This document shows positions 26,966-35,198 of a DNA stretch of 42,958 nucleotides, one piece after another. The translations under genes were made by a program, and so were the position numbers. The first letter of the stretch is position 1, and each line of letters starts with the position of its first letter. The notes under the pieces are model-generated. The model searched no databases and was not told the origin of the DNA. It saw only the letters and a list, made by a program, of their open reading frames with translations. Source of the stretch: Synergistales bacterium (GTDB lineage Bacteria; Synergistota; Synergistia; Synergistales; JAFGMB01); contig JAFGMB010000236.1 in NCBI GenBank assembly GCA_016927765.1, positions 1 through 42,958 of the forward strand, given 5' to 3'.

Positions 26966-27715
26966 ATGAACAGTACCGAAAAGATCACGTGGATACTGAA
27001 ACGGCTTGGCGAACCACCTTACGAAATGGGCCTTTCGGAATTGGCTAAAGAAATGGGTTACGGGCGAAGTGGTATCTTCAAGATCCTTGGGGTACTTTTA
27101 AGTGAAAATTTTGTTAACCAGGACCCTGAAACCCGCAAATACTCCCTTGGTCCTGTTCTGTTCAGGCTTGGAAATATCTATAAAACCGAAAAGAATCTTC
27201 TCGAAATTGCAGAACCTGTGATGAGAGAACTTCTTGAAATATCTGGAGAATCTGTTGGATTGTGCATAAGGGAGGGAGACAACGCTGTACTGGCCCATCA
27301 GATCGTGAGTGATCAGCCTCTGCGATTTGAAGGCAAAGTGGGCACCAGGCTCGCTCCGAACAGGGGAGCCCAGGGGAAACTCATGACAGCTTATGAACCG
27401 GATGAACGGATAAGGGATGTATTGGCATCCACCAGGTTCGACAAAAGGACCCCCTATACCCTTACAGAACCGGATGAACTTCTCCATGAGTATGAGAAGA
27501 TCAGGTCCCGGGGGTACTCTCTGAGTGATGAAGAAAGCTTTCCAGGCATCCGGGCTATTGCTGCTCCAATAAAAAATCGACATGGTAAGGTCTGGGCAAG
27601 CATAGCTATCGCTGGCCCTACAGTAAGGCTCACAGACGAAAGGATCCAGGAGCTGATCCCCGAGGTCATACAGGCCGCATGGAAGATCTCCGAAGGCTTC
27701 GGCTACAAGGAATGA
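26966..27715 (+). CDS. IclR-family transcriptional regulator, divergent from the TRAP operon
   Basis: An N-terminal wHTH (LSELAKEMGYGRSGIFKILGVL) is followed by a C-terminal IclR effector domain. Confidence 0.85.
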   Translation: MNSTEKITWILKRLGEPPYEMGLSELAKEMGYGRSGIFKILGVLLSENFVNQDPETRKYSLGPVLFRLGNIYKTEKNLLEIAEPVMRELLEISGESVGLCIREGDNAVLAHQIVSDQPLRFEGKVGTRLAPNRGAQGKLMTAYEPDERIRDVLASTRFDKRTPYTLTEPDELLHEYEKIRSRGYSLSDEESFPGIRAIAAPIKNRHGKVWASIAIAGPTVRLTDERIQELIPEVIQAAWKISEGFGYKE

Positions 27716-27753
27716 CTCTGTTAGAGATACTTTTGGGAATTACCCTGAATGAT

Positions 27754-27788
27754 CCAGGCGAGGGGAATCCCCTCGCCTGGAAGTTTTT
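27754..27788. terminator. hairpin terminator between convergent genes
   Basis: CCAGGCGAGGGG-AAT-CCCCTCGCCTGG, then AAGTTTTT. Confidence 0.75.
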
Positions 27789-27803
27789 CTGACGGGATAC
27801 CTC

Positions 27804-28541
27804 TTACCAGAGATGTTTAGTGTAATACACCAGGAGATCAATATCTTTATATTCCCACATTACCCTTACCATTATCTCTGCCTGTCTTTCACAAATATCC
27901 CTGGCTCTTCGGGAAGGATAGTCTCTGCGTATCACGATCCTGTTCATTTCACTCCGGGGGATACGGAACCTTTCACGGTATTTTTCATATTTTTCGTATT
28001 TTTCTCTCTCCTTGAGATACTCTTTGTACTCTTTCCAGTTCTCCTTACGCTCTTTCCATGAATCTTTCCTTTCCCACCGCCTATCCCTGTAATCCCTGTC
28101 GCGATCGAGGCGTTCCACCATCCATTGCAGCTTTCTTCTCTGATCCCTGTCGAGGATGCTGTAAATGCGATTCAATTTCCTGTAATGCAAAGATATCAGA
28201 TCTGCGGTCAGATCTTCGATCCTTTCCCGGAGATGGTCATTCCGCCAGGAATCCCTCCGCTCCATCCTTTCCAGAAGCCTTTCCAGCTCTCTCTCTCTTG
28301 TTCTCTCCATCTCCCTGGAGCTCCGGAGAACGGCCCTCACTCTTTCCCGTTGAGACTTTGAAAGATCCAGCTCCCTGACAATTTCCTCGAAGTTCCAGAA
28401 TTTCTCATCCTGGACATTATATCTTCCTGGAGGATCGGCACTTGAAACAAGAGGTGTTGAAAGGATGACCACCAGGCACAGAAAAGCTACCAGCACTACC
28501 AGGGTGCTGGATCCCGGGAAAAACTTCTTTTCCGGATTCAT
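27804..28541 (-). CDS. secreted, hyper-charged Spy/CpxP-like (LTxxQ-type) periplasmic protein
   Basis: There is a signal peptide (MNPEKKFFPGSSTLVVLVAFLCLVVILSTPLVSSA), an LTxxQ-like LDLSKSQRERVRAVL, then long R/E/K/D/W/Y low-complexity stretches such as EKYEKYEKY and DRDRDYRDRRWERKDSWKERKENWKEYKEY. GGAGG lies 7 nt upstream of ATG 28541. Confidence 0.55.
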   Translation of the reverse strand: MNPEKKFFPGSSTLVVLVAFLCLVVILSTPLVSSADPPGRYNVQDEKFWNFEEIVRELDLSKSQRERVRAVLRSSREMERTRERELERLLERMERRDSWRNDHLRERIEDLTADLISLHYRKLNRIYSILDRDQRRKLQWMVERLDRDRDYRDRRWERKDSWKERKENWKEYKEYLKEREKYEKYEKYRERFRIPRSEMNRIVIRRDYPSRRARDICERQAEIMVRVMWEYKDIDLLVYYTKHLW

Positions 28542-28601
28542 TGTTCTTCCTCCTCTCCGGGTCAAGGCCCTGCTATATGAAAGGACTATACCCTGATTTA
28601 T

Positions 28602-28650
28602 GTAAGATGGCGGTTAAGGAATGTAAAGAAGTGTTAAGGACATGGGTAAA
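28602..28650. promoter_or_regulatory. phased GTAAA/GTTAA pentamer array upstream of the Spy/CpxP-like gene (candidate OmpR/CpxR-type response-regulator site)
   Basis: The pentamers are GTAAG 28602, GTTAA 28613, GTAAA 28623, GTTAA 28633 and GTAAA 28646. Spacings are 11, 10, 10 and 13 nt. The array lies 60-110 nt upstream of the start codon. Confidence 0.35.
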
Positions 28651-28803
28651 TGTTTTTGAACATACAATTTCATAGGCTGAACCACTTATGATCCGGCTCT
28701 TTGATGTCTAATCACGGGGTGAGGAAAAAGAAAAAGGGACAAGCCCCTTCAAAAAAGGCGTGTCCCCATATATCGCCCGAAACAGAAAATAAGGCTTTAC
28801 TCA

Positions 28804-29364
28804 CTATTCCTTCAGCTTCACCGCCGTGCCATACACCAGGAGCTCAGCCGCACTCCCTATCACGCTGGTGGTCATATATCGGACATTGATGACAGCGTCG
28901 GCACCCATCTTTTCCGCCCTTGCCACCATCCTGTTGGTGGCGAGGATCCTGGCCCTGCCCATCATATCGGTGTACTCTGTGAGTTCCCCGCCGAGGATGA
29001 GACGGATAAGGGCGGAAAGGTCTTTTCCTATCCAGATGGCATATACCGTGTGTCCCTCCACCATACCAAGGACTTCGGAAACCTTTCTCCCAGGTATCTC
29101 CGCTGTGTTCTGTAGGATCAGCCCGTGGGGTCTCCTGGTAATGGGGGCTGACTTTTTCAGTGTTTTTCTCTTCATTCTCTGTTCTATGGCCACCGTGGCA
29201 AGGACCACAAGGATACCTCCCAGAAGGGCGAAGATGGCCATCCGAAGCCACCATGGCACCGGGGGATCATCCGCGACGATGACAGCCCAGGGAATTCCCA
29301 GGAAGATGGAAAAGAAGAGACCAGCCACAAAAGCGATAGAACCCAGGTATCTTAAAGCTTTCAT
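28804..29364 (-). CDS. YbjQ/UPF0145-domain protein with an N-terminal membrane anchor
   Basis: The C-terminal YbjQ-like domain includes GGELTEYTDMMGRARILATNRMVARAEKMGADAVINVRY. Two or three TM helices precede it. AAAGGAGG lies upstream. Confidence 0.7.
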   Translation of the reverse strand: MKALRYLGSIAFVAGLFFSIFLGIPWAVIVADDPPVPWWLRMAIFALLGGILVVLATVAIEQRMKRKTLKKSAPITRRPHGLILQNTAEIPGRKVSEVLGMVEGHTVYAIWIGKDLSALIRLILGGELTEYTDMMGRARILATNRMVARAEKMGADAVINVRYMTTSVIGSAAELLVYGTAVKLKE

Positions 29365-29403
29365 GATAACCTCCTTTCTGAAGATCAGACCTTTACAGAA
29401 AGA

Positions 29404-30156
29404 TCATCTTCCTCTTTTCTGCATCACGAAAAATTCATAGCCATAGAATTGCCCATATTTCCTGTACATATATATTTCATTTCTCATCTCCTCAAAGAAC
29501 CCCAGGGCAGTCTCATTCCCCCGGTATTTACCTTCCAGCCTCTCCAGTTCCTTTTCCATGGGCTCATAGAAGCATTCAAGCCAGGCCGAACTGTCCAGGG
29601 TGAAATGACCCACGAGATGAAACCCCTCTGCCCTGATCATTTCAAGATTGCCCTGCACATCCCTGATAGGAGGATATTCCCTTTTGCAGTATTCCATGAC
29701 CGGGTCCGGAGCATCCTTGGAAAGGATAGTCAGTTCCGAAACCGCCATGTAGCCATCTTCTTTCAGAAGAGTCCGGCCTTTTCGGAGTCCTTCCGGGAAA
29801 CCCATATTATATAGGGCCCCCTCAGACCAGATCAGGTCAAAGGTCCCTTCTTCGAAATCCATCTCAAGCATGGACATGCAGACAGGTTCTATCCTGTCAT
29901 CAAGCCCCTCTTCCCTCGCCTTCTCCATCAGTATATCCAGGAAAGGGTGGTGATTATCCAGGGCAATTACCCTGCCTCCTGACATATGTGCAAGCTCCAG
30001 GGTCTGGACCCCATGGCCGCAGCCGATATCAAGGATGAAAGGATCTCCAGGAAGTGCCGGGATCAATTCGAAAGCCCGGCGTGTAGACCTTTTATTTCCG
30101 GGCCCCCCTCGGGGCATGGATCCAAAGAGCTCGTAGAGATATTCCATCCCTTCCAT
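29404..30156 (-). CDS. class I SAM-dependent methyltransferase
   Basis: SAM motif I (LDIGCGHGVQTLELA) is present. ATG 30156 has AGAGGTG upstream, and the tracked start at 30201 is also possible. Confidence 0.8.
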   Translation of the reverse strand: MEGMEYLYELFGSMPRGGPGNKRSTRRAFELIPALPGDPFILDIGCGHGVQTLELAHMSGGRVIALDNHHPFLDILMEKAREEGLDDRIEPVCMSMLEMDFEEGTFDLIWSEGALYNMGFPEGLRKGRTLLKEDGYMAVSELTILSKDAPDPVMEYCKREYPPIRDVQGNLEMIRAEGFHLVGHFTLDSSAWLECFYEPMEKELERLEGKYRGNETALGFFEEMRNEIYMYRKYGQFYGYEFFVMQKRGR

Positions 30157-30349
30157 GACACACCTCTTGTTTATGCTCTGATCTGCTGAATCATAATACA
30201 TTTCTAATTATACCCTGTCACATCGCTCTGATATTCAAAGATGCTTTCAAATACAGTGAAGTATCTGCGTGTTAAATCATAAAATCCGGTCTTTGTACAT
30301 TTTTACGAGATCCTCCCTCTTTTTGGGATCCCATGGATAGTATTCCTGT

Positions 30350-30379
30350 TTGACAAATCTATACAAAGGGCGGTATAAT
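30350..30379 (+). promoter_or_regulatory. near-consensus sigma-70 promoter of the trp operon
   Basis: TTGACA at 30350..30355, an 18-nt spacer, TATAAT at 30374..30379. Confidence 0.75.
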
Positions 30380-30414
30380 CCCCCGCAACAACCTTAAGAC
30401 AGGAGCTTACGATC

Positions 30415-30462
30415 ATGATAAGAGCACTTACAACCAGGAATTGGTGGTGGCAGACCTTCTAA
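30415..30462 (+). CDS. trpL: trp operon leader peptide MIRALTTRNWWWQTF (three tandem Trp codons)
   Basis: AGGAG lies 9 nt upstream of ATG 30415. TGG TGG TGG occupies 30442..30450. The stop is followed by alternative hairpins and a terminator. Confidence 0.8.
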   Translation: MIRALTTRNWWWQTF

Positions 30463-30568
30463 GTCTGCCGCCATGAGCCTTAACGATCGTTAGTTTATAA
30501 ATTCAAGAGGCCTTGGAGGCGGATCCTATAAGGGATTCTCTTTCAAGGCCTTTCGTGTACCTGCACCC

Positions 30569-30607
30569 AGGGAGGGGCCTTATTAAGGACCCTCCCTATT
30601 TTTTTAT
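30569..30607 (+). terminator. trp attenuator terminator
   Basis: AGGGAGGGGCC-TTATTAA-GGACCCTCCCT, then ATTTTTTTAT, located 38 nt before the trpE start. Confidence 0.8.
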
Positions 30608-30644
30608 CCCTCCGGGAAGGACCTGGAGATCAAGGAGGTATTCC

Positions 30645-32186
30645 ATGCCTTACCGAATGAACACATTTACGGGCCACAGAATTACGAGTCGGGACACTTT
30701 CAAAGATCTTGCTGAAAGATATGACCTGGTACCCCTGGTACTGGAGATGGGAACAGGAGAGGAAACACCCCTTTCCGTGTACATGAAACTCGATGCAGGC
30801 ACAGGCTATTCCTTCCTGCTTGAGAGTGGTGACCGGGGAGGAACGGGAGGACGCTATTCCTTTGTCGGAGGAGATCCTGAAAGTATCTTTCTTGTGACCA
30901 CTGAAGGGTGTAAGGTTCTGGGCGCGGAAGGGACTCACACTGGTTTTTATCCTTCCCCCGGAGGGGTACGAAAGGCCATAACCGACTACCTTTCCTGTAA
31001 AAGGCCACCGAGAATAGATAACCTCCCCCCTTTTGCAGGAGGAATAGTAGGCTACTTCGGTTACGGCATGGTCGAGGAATGGGAGCAGTTGTTCCACGGG
31101 TCAGGCAGGAAGCTGAGACCTTCGGATCAGAACAATGCCGTGCTGATGGGCTTTGTGACCATGGCTGCCTTCGATCATGAGACAGAAAACCTTTTCCTTA
31201 TCCATAACGTTCGAATTCCAGAACCCTCTTCCGGGAAGAGCCTTGACCTGCTCTATGATGAGGGGATCGGAATACTTGAGACACTGAAAGACCGGGTCAC
31301 TGAAGAGATCCCGGCAATACCTCCCCATGGGCCCTGTTTCCTTGGCCCTGTCAAGGCACACACATCCAAAGGGGATTTCCTCGAAATGACGCGAAAAGGA
31401 CTGGATCATATAATCGCAGGCGATATCTGCCAGGTGGTACTATCCCAGCGTTTTTCCACCGAGACGGATCTCCCCTCGTTAGAGATCTACAGGACCCTTA
31501 AGGAGATCAATCCCTCTCCATACCTGTTCTTCCTGGGTCTACCGGGTCTTGAGATCATCGGCTCCTCTCCTGAGGTCCTGGTGAAGGTGGAGGGACAGAA
31601 GGTCATTACCCGTCCCCTGGCGGGAACCCGCCCTCGAGGAGCTTCCCCTGAAGAGGACAGGCTTCTCGCCGAAGAGCTGCTGGCAGATGAGAAGGAACGG
31701 GCGGAACATCTCATGCTCGTGGACCTCGCACGGAATGACCTTGGGAGGGTCTGCAGTACAGGGACTATCAAAGTAACCGAATTGATGGGATTGGAATTCT
31801 ATTCCCGGGTGATGCACATCGTTTCCCAGGTAGAGGGAGAAAGACGGGAAGATATGAGCGCCCTGGAAGTGCTTGAGTCTGCATTTCCGGCAGGTACAGT
31901 TTCCGGAGCCCCCAAGATCAGGGCCATGGAGATCATCGAGGACCTCGAGAGCCTGCCACGGGGTCCTTACGCAGGGGCAGTAGGCTACATAGGATTCGAT
32001 GGAGACCTGGATTCATGTATCGTCATCCGGACCATGATCCGTGAGGACAATACCATAAGCGTCCAGGCAGGGGCGGGGATCGTCTACGATTCGGTCCCCG
32101 AAAGGGAATATGAGGAAACCCGCAGCAAGGCCAGTGCCCTTTTGAAAGCACTGGAACAGACACTGGAAAGGAGGAACATCAAATGA
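30645..32186 (+). CDS. trpE: anthranilate synthase component I
   Basis: AAGGAGG lies 6 nt upstream of ATG 30645. Family-typical C-terminal chorismate-binding motifs are present (GTRPRG, FPAGTVSGAPK, RGPYAGAVGY). Confidence 0.9.
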   Translation: MPYRMNTFTGHRITSRDTFKDLAERYDLVPLVLEMGTGEETPLSVYMKLDAGTGYSFLLESGDRGGTGGRYSFVGGDPESIFLVTTEGCKVLGAEGTHTGFYPSPGGVRKAITDYLSCKRPPRIDNLPPFAGGIVGYFGYGMVEEWEQLFHGSGRKLRPSDQNNAVLMGFVTMAAFDHETENLFLIHNVRIPEPSSGKSLDLLYDEGIGILETLKDRVTEEIPAIPPHGPCFLGPVKAHTSKGDFLEMTRKGLDHIIAGDICQVVLSQRFSTETDLPSLEIYRTLKEINPSPYLFFLGLPGLEIIGSSPEVLVKVEGQKVITRPLAGTRPRGASPEEDRLLAEELLADEKERAEHLMLVDLARNDLGRVCSTGTIKVTELMGLEFYSRVMHIVSQVEGERREDMSALEVLESAFPAGTVSGAPKIRAMEIIEDLESLPRGPYAGAVGYIGFDGDLDSCIVIRTMIREDNTISVQAGAGIVYDSVPEREYEETRSKASALLKALEQTLERRNIK

Positions 32187-32752
32187 TCCTGATGATCGAT
32201 AACTACGATTCCTTTACCTATAACCTCGTTCAGTACCTTTCAGAGCTTGACGAGGTGATAACAGTTCGAAACGACCATATCAATGTGGAGCAGATCGAGA
32301 TCATCCATCCTGACCAGATAGTCATTTCTCCAGGGCCAGGAACTCCAGATGAAGCCGGGATCTCCAAGGAAGTGATCCGTGCCTTTAAGGGACGGATACC
32401 TATTCTTGGAGTATGCCTGGGACACCAGGCCATTGGCGAGGTCTTTGGCGGAAAAGTCATCAAGGCAACAGCTCCCTTCCATGGAAAAGTCTCTGAAATA
32501 CATCACCTGGGAAAGGGGATCCTCGAGGGGCTTCCACAGCCTTTTCGTGCTACAAGATATCATTCCCTCGTGGTGGATAAGACGTCTTTCCCGAAAATAC
32601 TTGAGATAACCGCCCTCACAGAGGACGGGTCAGTGATGGCGCTGGAGCATAGGGATTTTCCCATTTTCGGTGTCCAGTTCCACCCCGAATCGATCCTGAC
32701 CGAGTCGGGTATGACAATTCTGAGAAATTTTCATCGGCAAATAGCCGCCTGA
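32183..32752 (+). CDS. trpG: anthranilate synthase component II (glutamine amidotransferase)
   Basis: The motifs IDNYDSFTYNL, GVCLGHQ and QFHPES are present. The start overlaps the trpE stop in an ATGA. Confidence 0.9.
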   Translation: MILMIDNYDSFTYNLVQYLSELDEVITVRNDHINVEQIEIIHPDQIVISPGPGTPDEAGISKEVIRAFKGRIPILGVCLGHQAIGEVFGGKVIKATAPFHGKVSEIHHLGKGILEGLPQPFRATRYHSLVVDKTSFPKILEITALTEDGSVMALEHRDFPIFGVQFHPESILTESGMTILRNFHRQIAA

Positions 32753-32782
32753 TCAGAAAACCTGAGAGGAGATGAGATAACA

Positions 32783-33811
32783 ATGTTGATAGAACACCTG
32801 GAAAAAGTATTGACCCGCACAGATCTTACGTCCCATGAAATGACGGGGGCCATGGAAGCCATTATGGAGGGGCAGGTTCCCGAGGCCCAGATGGCGGCAT
32901 TCCTTGCAGCTCTCAGGGTCAAAGGGGAGACCGTTATCGAGATAGCAGAGGCTGCACGTGTAATGAGAGAAAAGGCGCTGCCCGTGAAGGTTTCACGCCG
33001 GCCTCTACTGGACATCGTTGGAACAGGAGGCGACGGGACCGGAACCTTCAACATTTCAACAGCCACGGCCCTTGTTGTGGCGGCCTCCGGTGTATACGTG
33101 GCAAAGCACGGGAACCGTTCCGTATCCAGCAGATGCGGAAGCGCCGATGTGCTTGAAGCCCTTGGCATTCCTCTTCTCGCCAACCCTGTCGATGTGGCTG
33201 GTTGCGTTGAAAGAACAGGATTCGGCTTCATTTTTGCCCCATACTTTCACCAGGCCATGAGAAACGTTGTCCCGGTCAGAAAAGCCCTTGGCTTAAGAAC
33301 CATTTTCAACGTTCTTGGCCCCCTTACGAATCCGGCCCGTCCTGAATACCAGCTGACCGGGGTCTTTTCACCCGAACTGGTCCGTCCCATGGCAGAGGTA
33401 CTGGGCCAACTGGGGATCAAGCGTGCCCTTGTGGTCCATGGTCATGGCGGTATGGATGAGCTGTCTCTAAGTGGGCCTAACAGGGTCAGCTTCCTGAAAG
33501 ACAACGTGGTGAAAGACCTGGAGATCTGCGCAAATGACGCAGGACTCAGCCAGGCTGAGGATGGTTACGCCATGGGGGGCACATCGGAGGATAACCGGGA
33601 GATCATCGAAAAGATCTTTGGGGGCGAAAAAGGAGCTCATAGGGATGTAGTGGTATTGAACGCCGCAGCCTCGTTAATGACCGCAGGAAAGGTGGATTCC
33701 CTTAAAGTCGGTGCGAGGATGGCGGAGGAGGTAATAGACAGCGGACGAGCTGCTGAAAAGGTTAGAGAGGTGGTTGCCTTCTGCCGCTCACGACAGGAGG
33801 GAGTGGCATGA
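32783..33811 (+). CDS. trpD: anthranilate phosphoribosyltransferase
   Basis: The motifs DIVGTGGDG, FNISTA and KHGNRS are present. Confidence 0.9.
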   Translation: MLIEHLEKVLTRTDLTSHEMTGAMEAIMEGQVPEAQMAAFLAALRVKGETVIEIAEAARVMREKALPVKVSRRPLLDIVGTGGDGTGTFNISTATALVVAASGVYVAKHGNRSVSSRCGSADVLEALGIPLLANPVDVAGCVERTGFGFIFAPYFHQAMRNVVPVRKALGLRTIFNVLGPLTNPARPEYQLTGVFSPELVRPMAEVLGQLGIKRALVVHGHGGMDELSLSGPNRVSFLKDNVVKDLEICANDAGLSQAEDGYAMGGTSEDNREIIEKIFGGEKGAHRDVVVLNAAASLMTAGKVDSLKVGARMAEEVIDSGRAAEKVREVVAFCRSRQEGVA

Positions 33812-34551
33812 TCTTGGACAGTATTGTGGCCGAGAAGGTACGAGAGGTCGCTGAGCTAAAAAGCCCAAGGACTTCCCTTTTTCATGCACTGAGCGAACCT
33901 GGGCTTTCTGTCATTGCCGAGATCAAGAAAGCGTCACCCTCTCGAGGGATCATCTGTGAACACTTTGATCCACAACATCAGATGGAGGTCTATGAAAAAG
34001 GAGGCGCTGCTGCCGTTTCGGTACTGACGGACCGAACCTTTTTTCAGGGGAGTGGCTTTATACTCCGGGAGCTCCGTGACAAGGCACAACTTCCCCTGCT
34101 GCGGAAAGATTTTCTTATCGAGCCCATACAAGTGGATGAGAGCTATTTCCTGGGTGCCGACGCGGTACTTCTGATCGCAAGGATCCTGGAAGGACCCGGG
34201 TTGAGAAACATGCTGGAACGGGTTTACTCCCTTGGAATGGAAGCCCTTGTGGAGATACATAACGAAGATGATCTTCACCTGGTCCTAGAGACACCGGCAA
34301 AGATCATCGGTATTAACAACAGGGACCTGGAAGATTTTAAAGTTGACCTCTCTGTCTCCGAAAGGTTGATCCGGGAGATGGAACGTCTTGGAGCAAGAGG
34401 GGAAAAAAGGATCGTGTCAGAAAGCGGCATTGCATCACGGGAACAGGCCGCTCGACTTGAAGATGCGGGTGTGGACGGGATCCTTGTGGGAGAGAGCCTT
34501 ATGCGTTCTCCTGATCCTGCCGGCCTCATAGCGGTACTGAAAGGTAGCTGA
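33808..34551 (+). CDS. trpC: indole-3-glycerol phosphate synthase
   Basis: The motifs IAEIKKASPS, RKDF and GINNRDL are present. The start overlaps trpD in an ATGA. Confidence 0.9.
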   Translation: MILDSIVAEKVREVAELKSPRTSLFHALSEPGLSVIAEIKKASPSRGIICEHFDPQHQMEVYEKGGAAAVSVLTDRTFFQGSGFILRELRDKAQLPLLRKDFLIEPIQVDESYFLGADAVLLIARILEGPGLRNMLERVYSLGMEALVEIHNEDDLHLVLETPAKIIGINNRDLEDFKVDLSVSERLIREMERLGARGEKRIVSESGIASREQAARLEDAGVDGILVGESLMRSPDPAGLIAVLKGS

Positions 34552-34556
34552 TCTTC

Positions 34557-35198
34557 ATGACCGGGATCAAGGTCTGCGGCCTGACCCGCAGGGAAGACGT
34601 TAACGCCGCTGTCGAGTCCGGGATCAACGCCCTGGGATTCATCCTTGCAGAAAGTCCCCGTAGGGTTTCACTGGAACAGGTGGCTGAACTTACCCGGGGA
34701 TTGCCCCCCTTTATCTCCACGGTGGCAGTAGTCATGAACCCTCAAAAAAGAATGTTGGAGAGGGTCATCGCCAGCGATCTTTTCAGTCATATCCAGTTCC
34801 ATGGACAGGAAGATCCTGCCATGCTCCTCGGGCATAAGTTGAAGACCATCAAAACCTTCTCCATAGCAACAGAAGCTGATCTTAAGGATATAGAGAACTA
34901 CCAGGGAGCCGACTATTTTCTATTCGATACCCGTGTGGGAAGAACATCTGGTGGAACGGGAAGAACCTTCAACTGGGAACTGCTGAAAAAGATCCTACCA
35001 GGAAAACCCTTCATTCTTGCAGGTGGGCTGGGACCGGATAACGTGACCGAGGCCATCAGGATCTGCAGGCCTTCAGCGGTAGACCTTAACAGCCGGTTGG
35101 AACGGGAACCGGGAAAAAAGGACCGGGAACTTATACGTGAAGCAGTTCTCAGGGTCCATGAAAGTGATTTTTCCATCTTAAGGAGTGAGACCTTATGA
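34557..35198 (+). CDS. trpF: phosphoribosylanthranilate isomerase
   Basis: The N-terminus KVCGLTR, FDT...GGTG and AGGL are present. Confidence 0.88.
   Translation: MTGIKVCGLTRREDVNAAVESGINALGFILAESPRRVSLEQVAELTRGLPPFISTVAVVMNPQKRMLERVIASDLFSHIQFHGQEDPAMLLGHKLKTIKTFSIATEADLKDIENYQGADYFLFDTRVGRTSGGTGRTFNWELLKKILPGKPFILAGGLGPDNVTEAIRICRPSAVDLNSRLEREPGKKDRELIREAVLRVHESDFSILRSETL

Noticed and set aside
28826-29440. Long antisense ORFs inside well-supported genes (also 1938..2495, 3056..3625, 6532..7137, 35486..36130, 39080..39643, 41816..42259)
   Set aside because: These are shadow ORFs opposite confident CDSs. Their composition is Pro/Ser/Arg/Gly-rich and typical of antisense frames, with no RBS and no recognisable motifs.
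30513-30644. N-terminal 44-codon extension of trpE in the ORF track (TTG start)
   Set aside because: The extension would be translated straight through the attenuator terminator and its T-tract. A strong AAGGAGG precedes ATG 30645, and that start gives a normal TrpE N-terminus.
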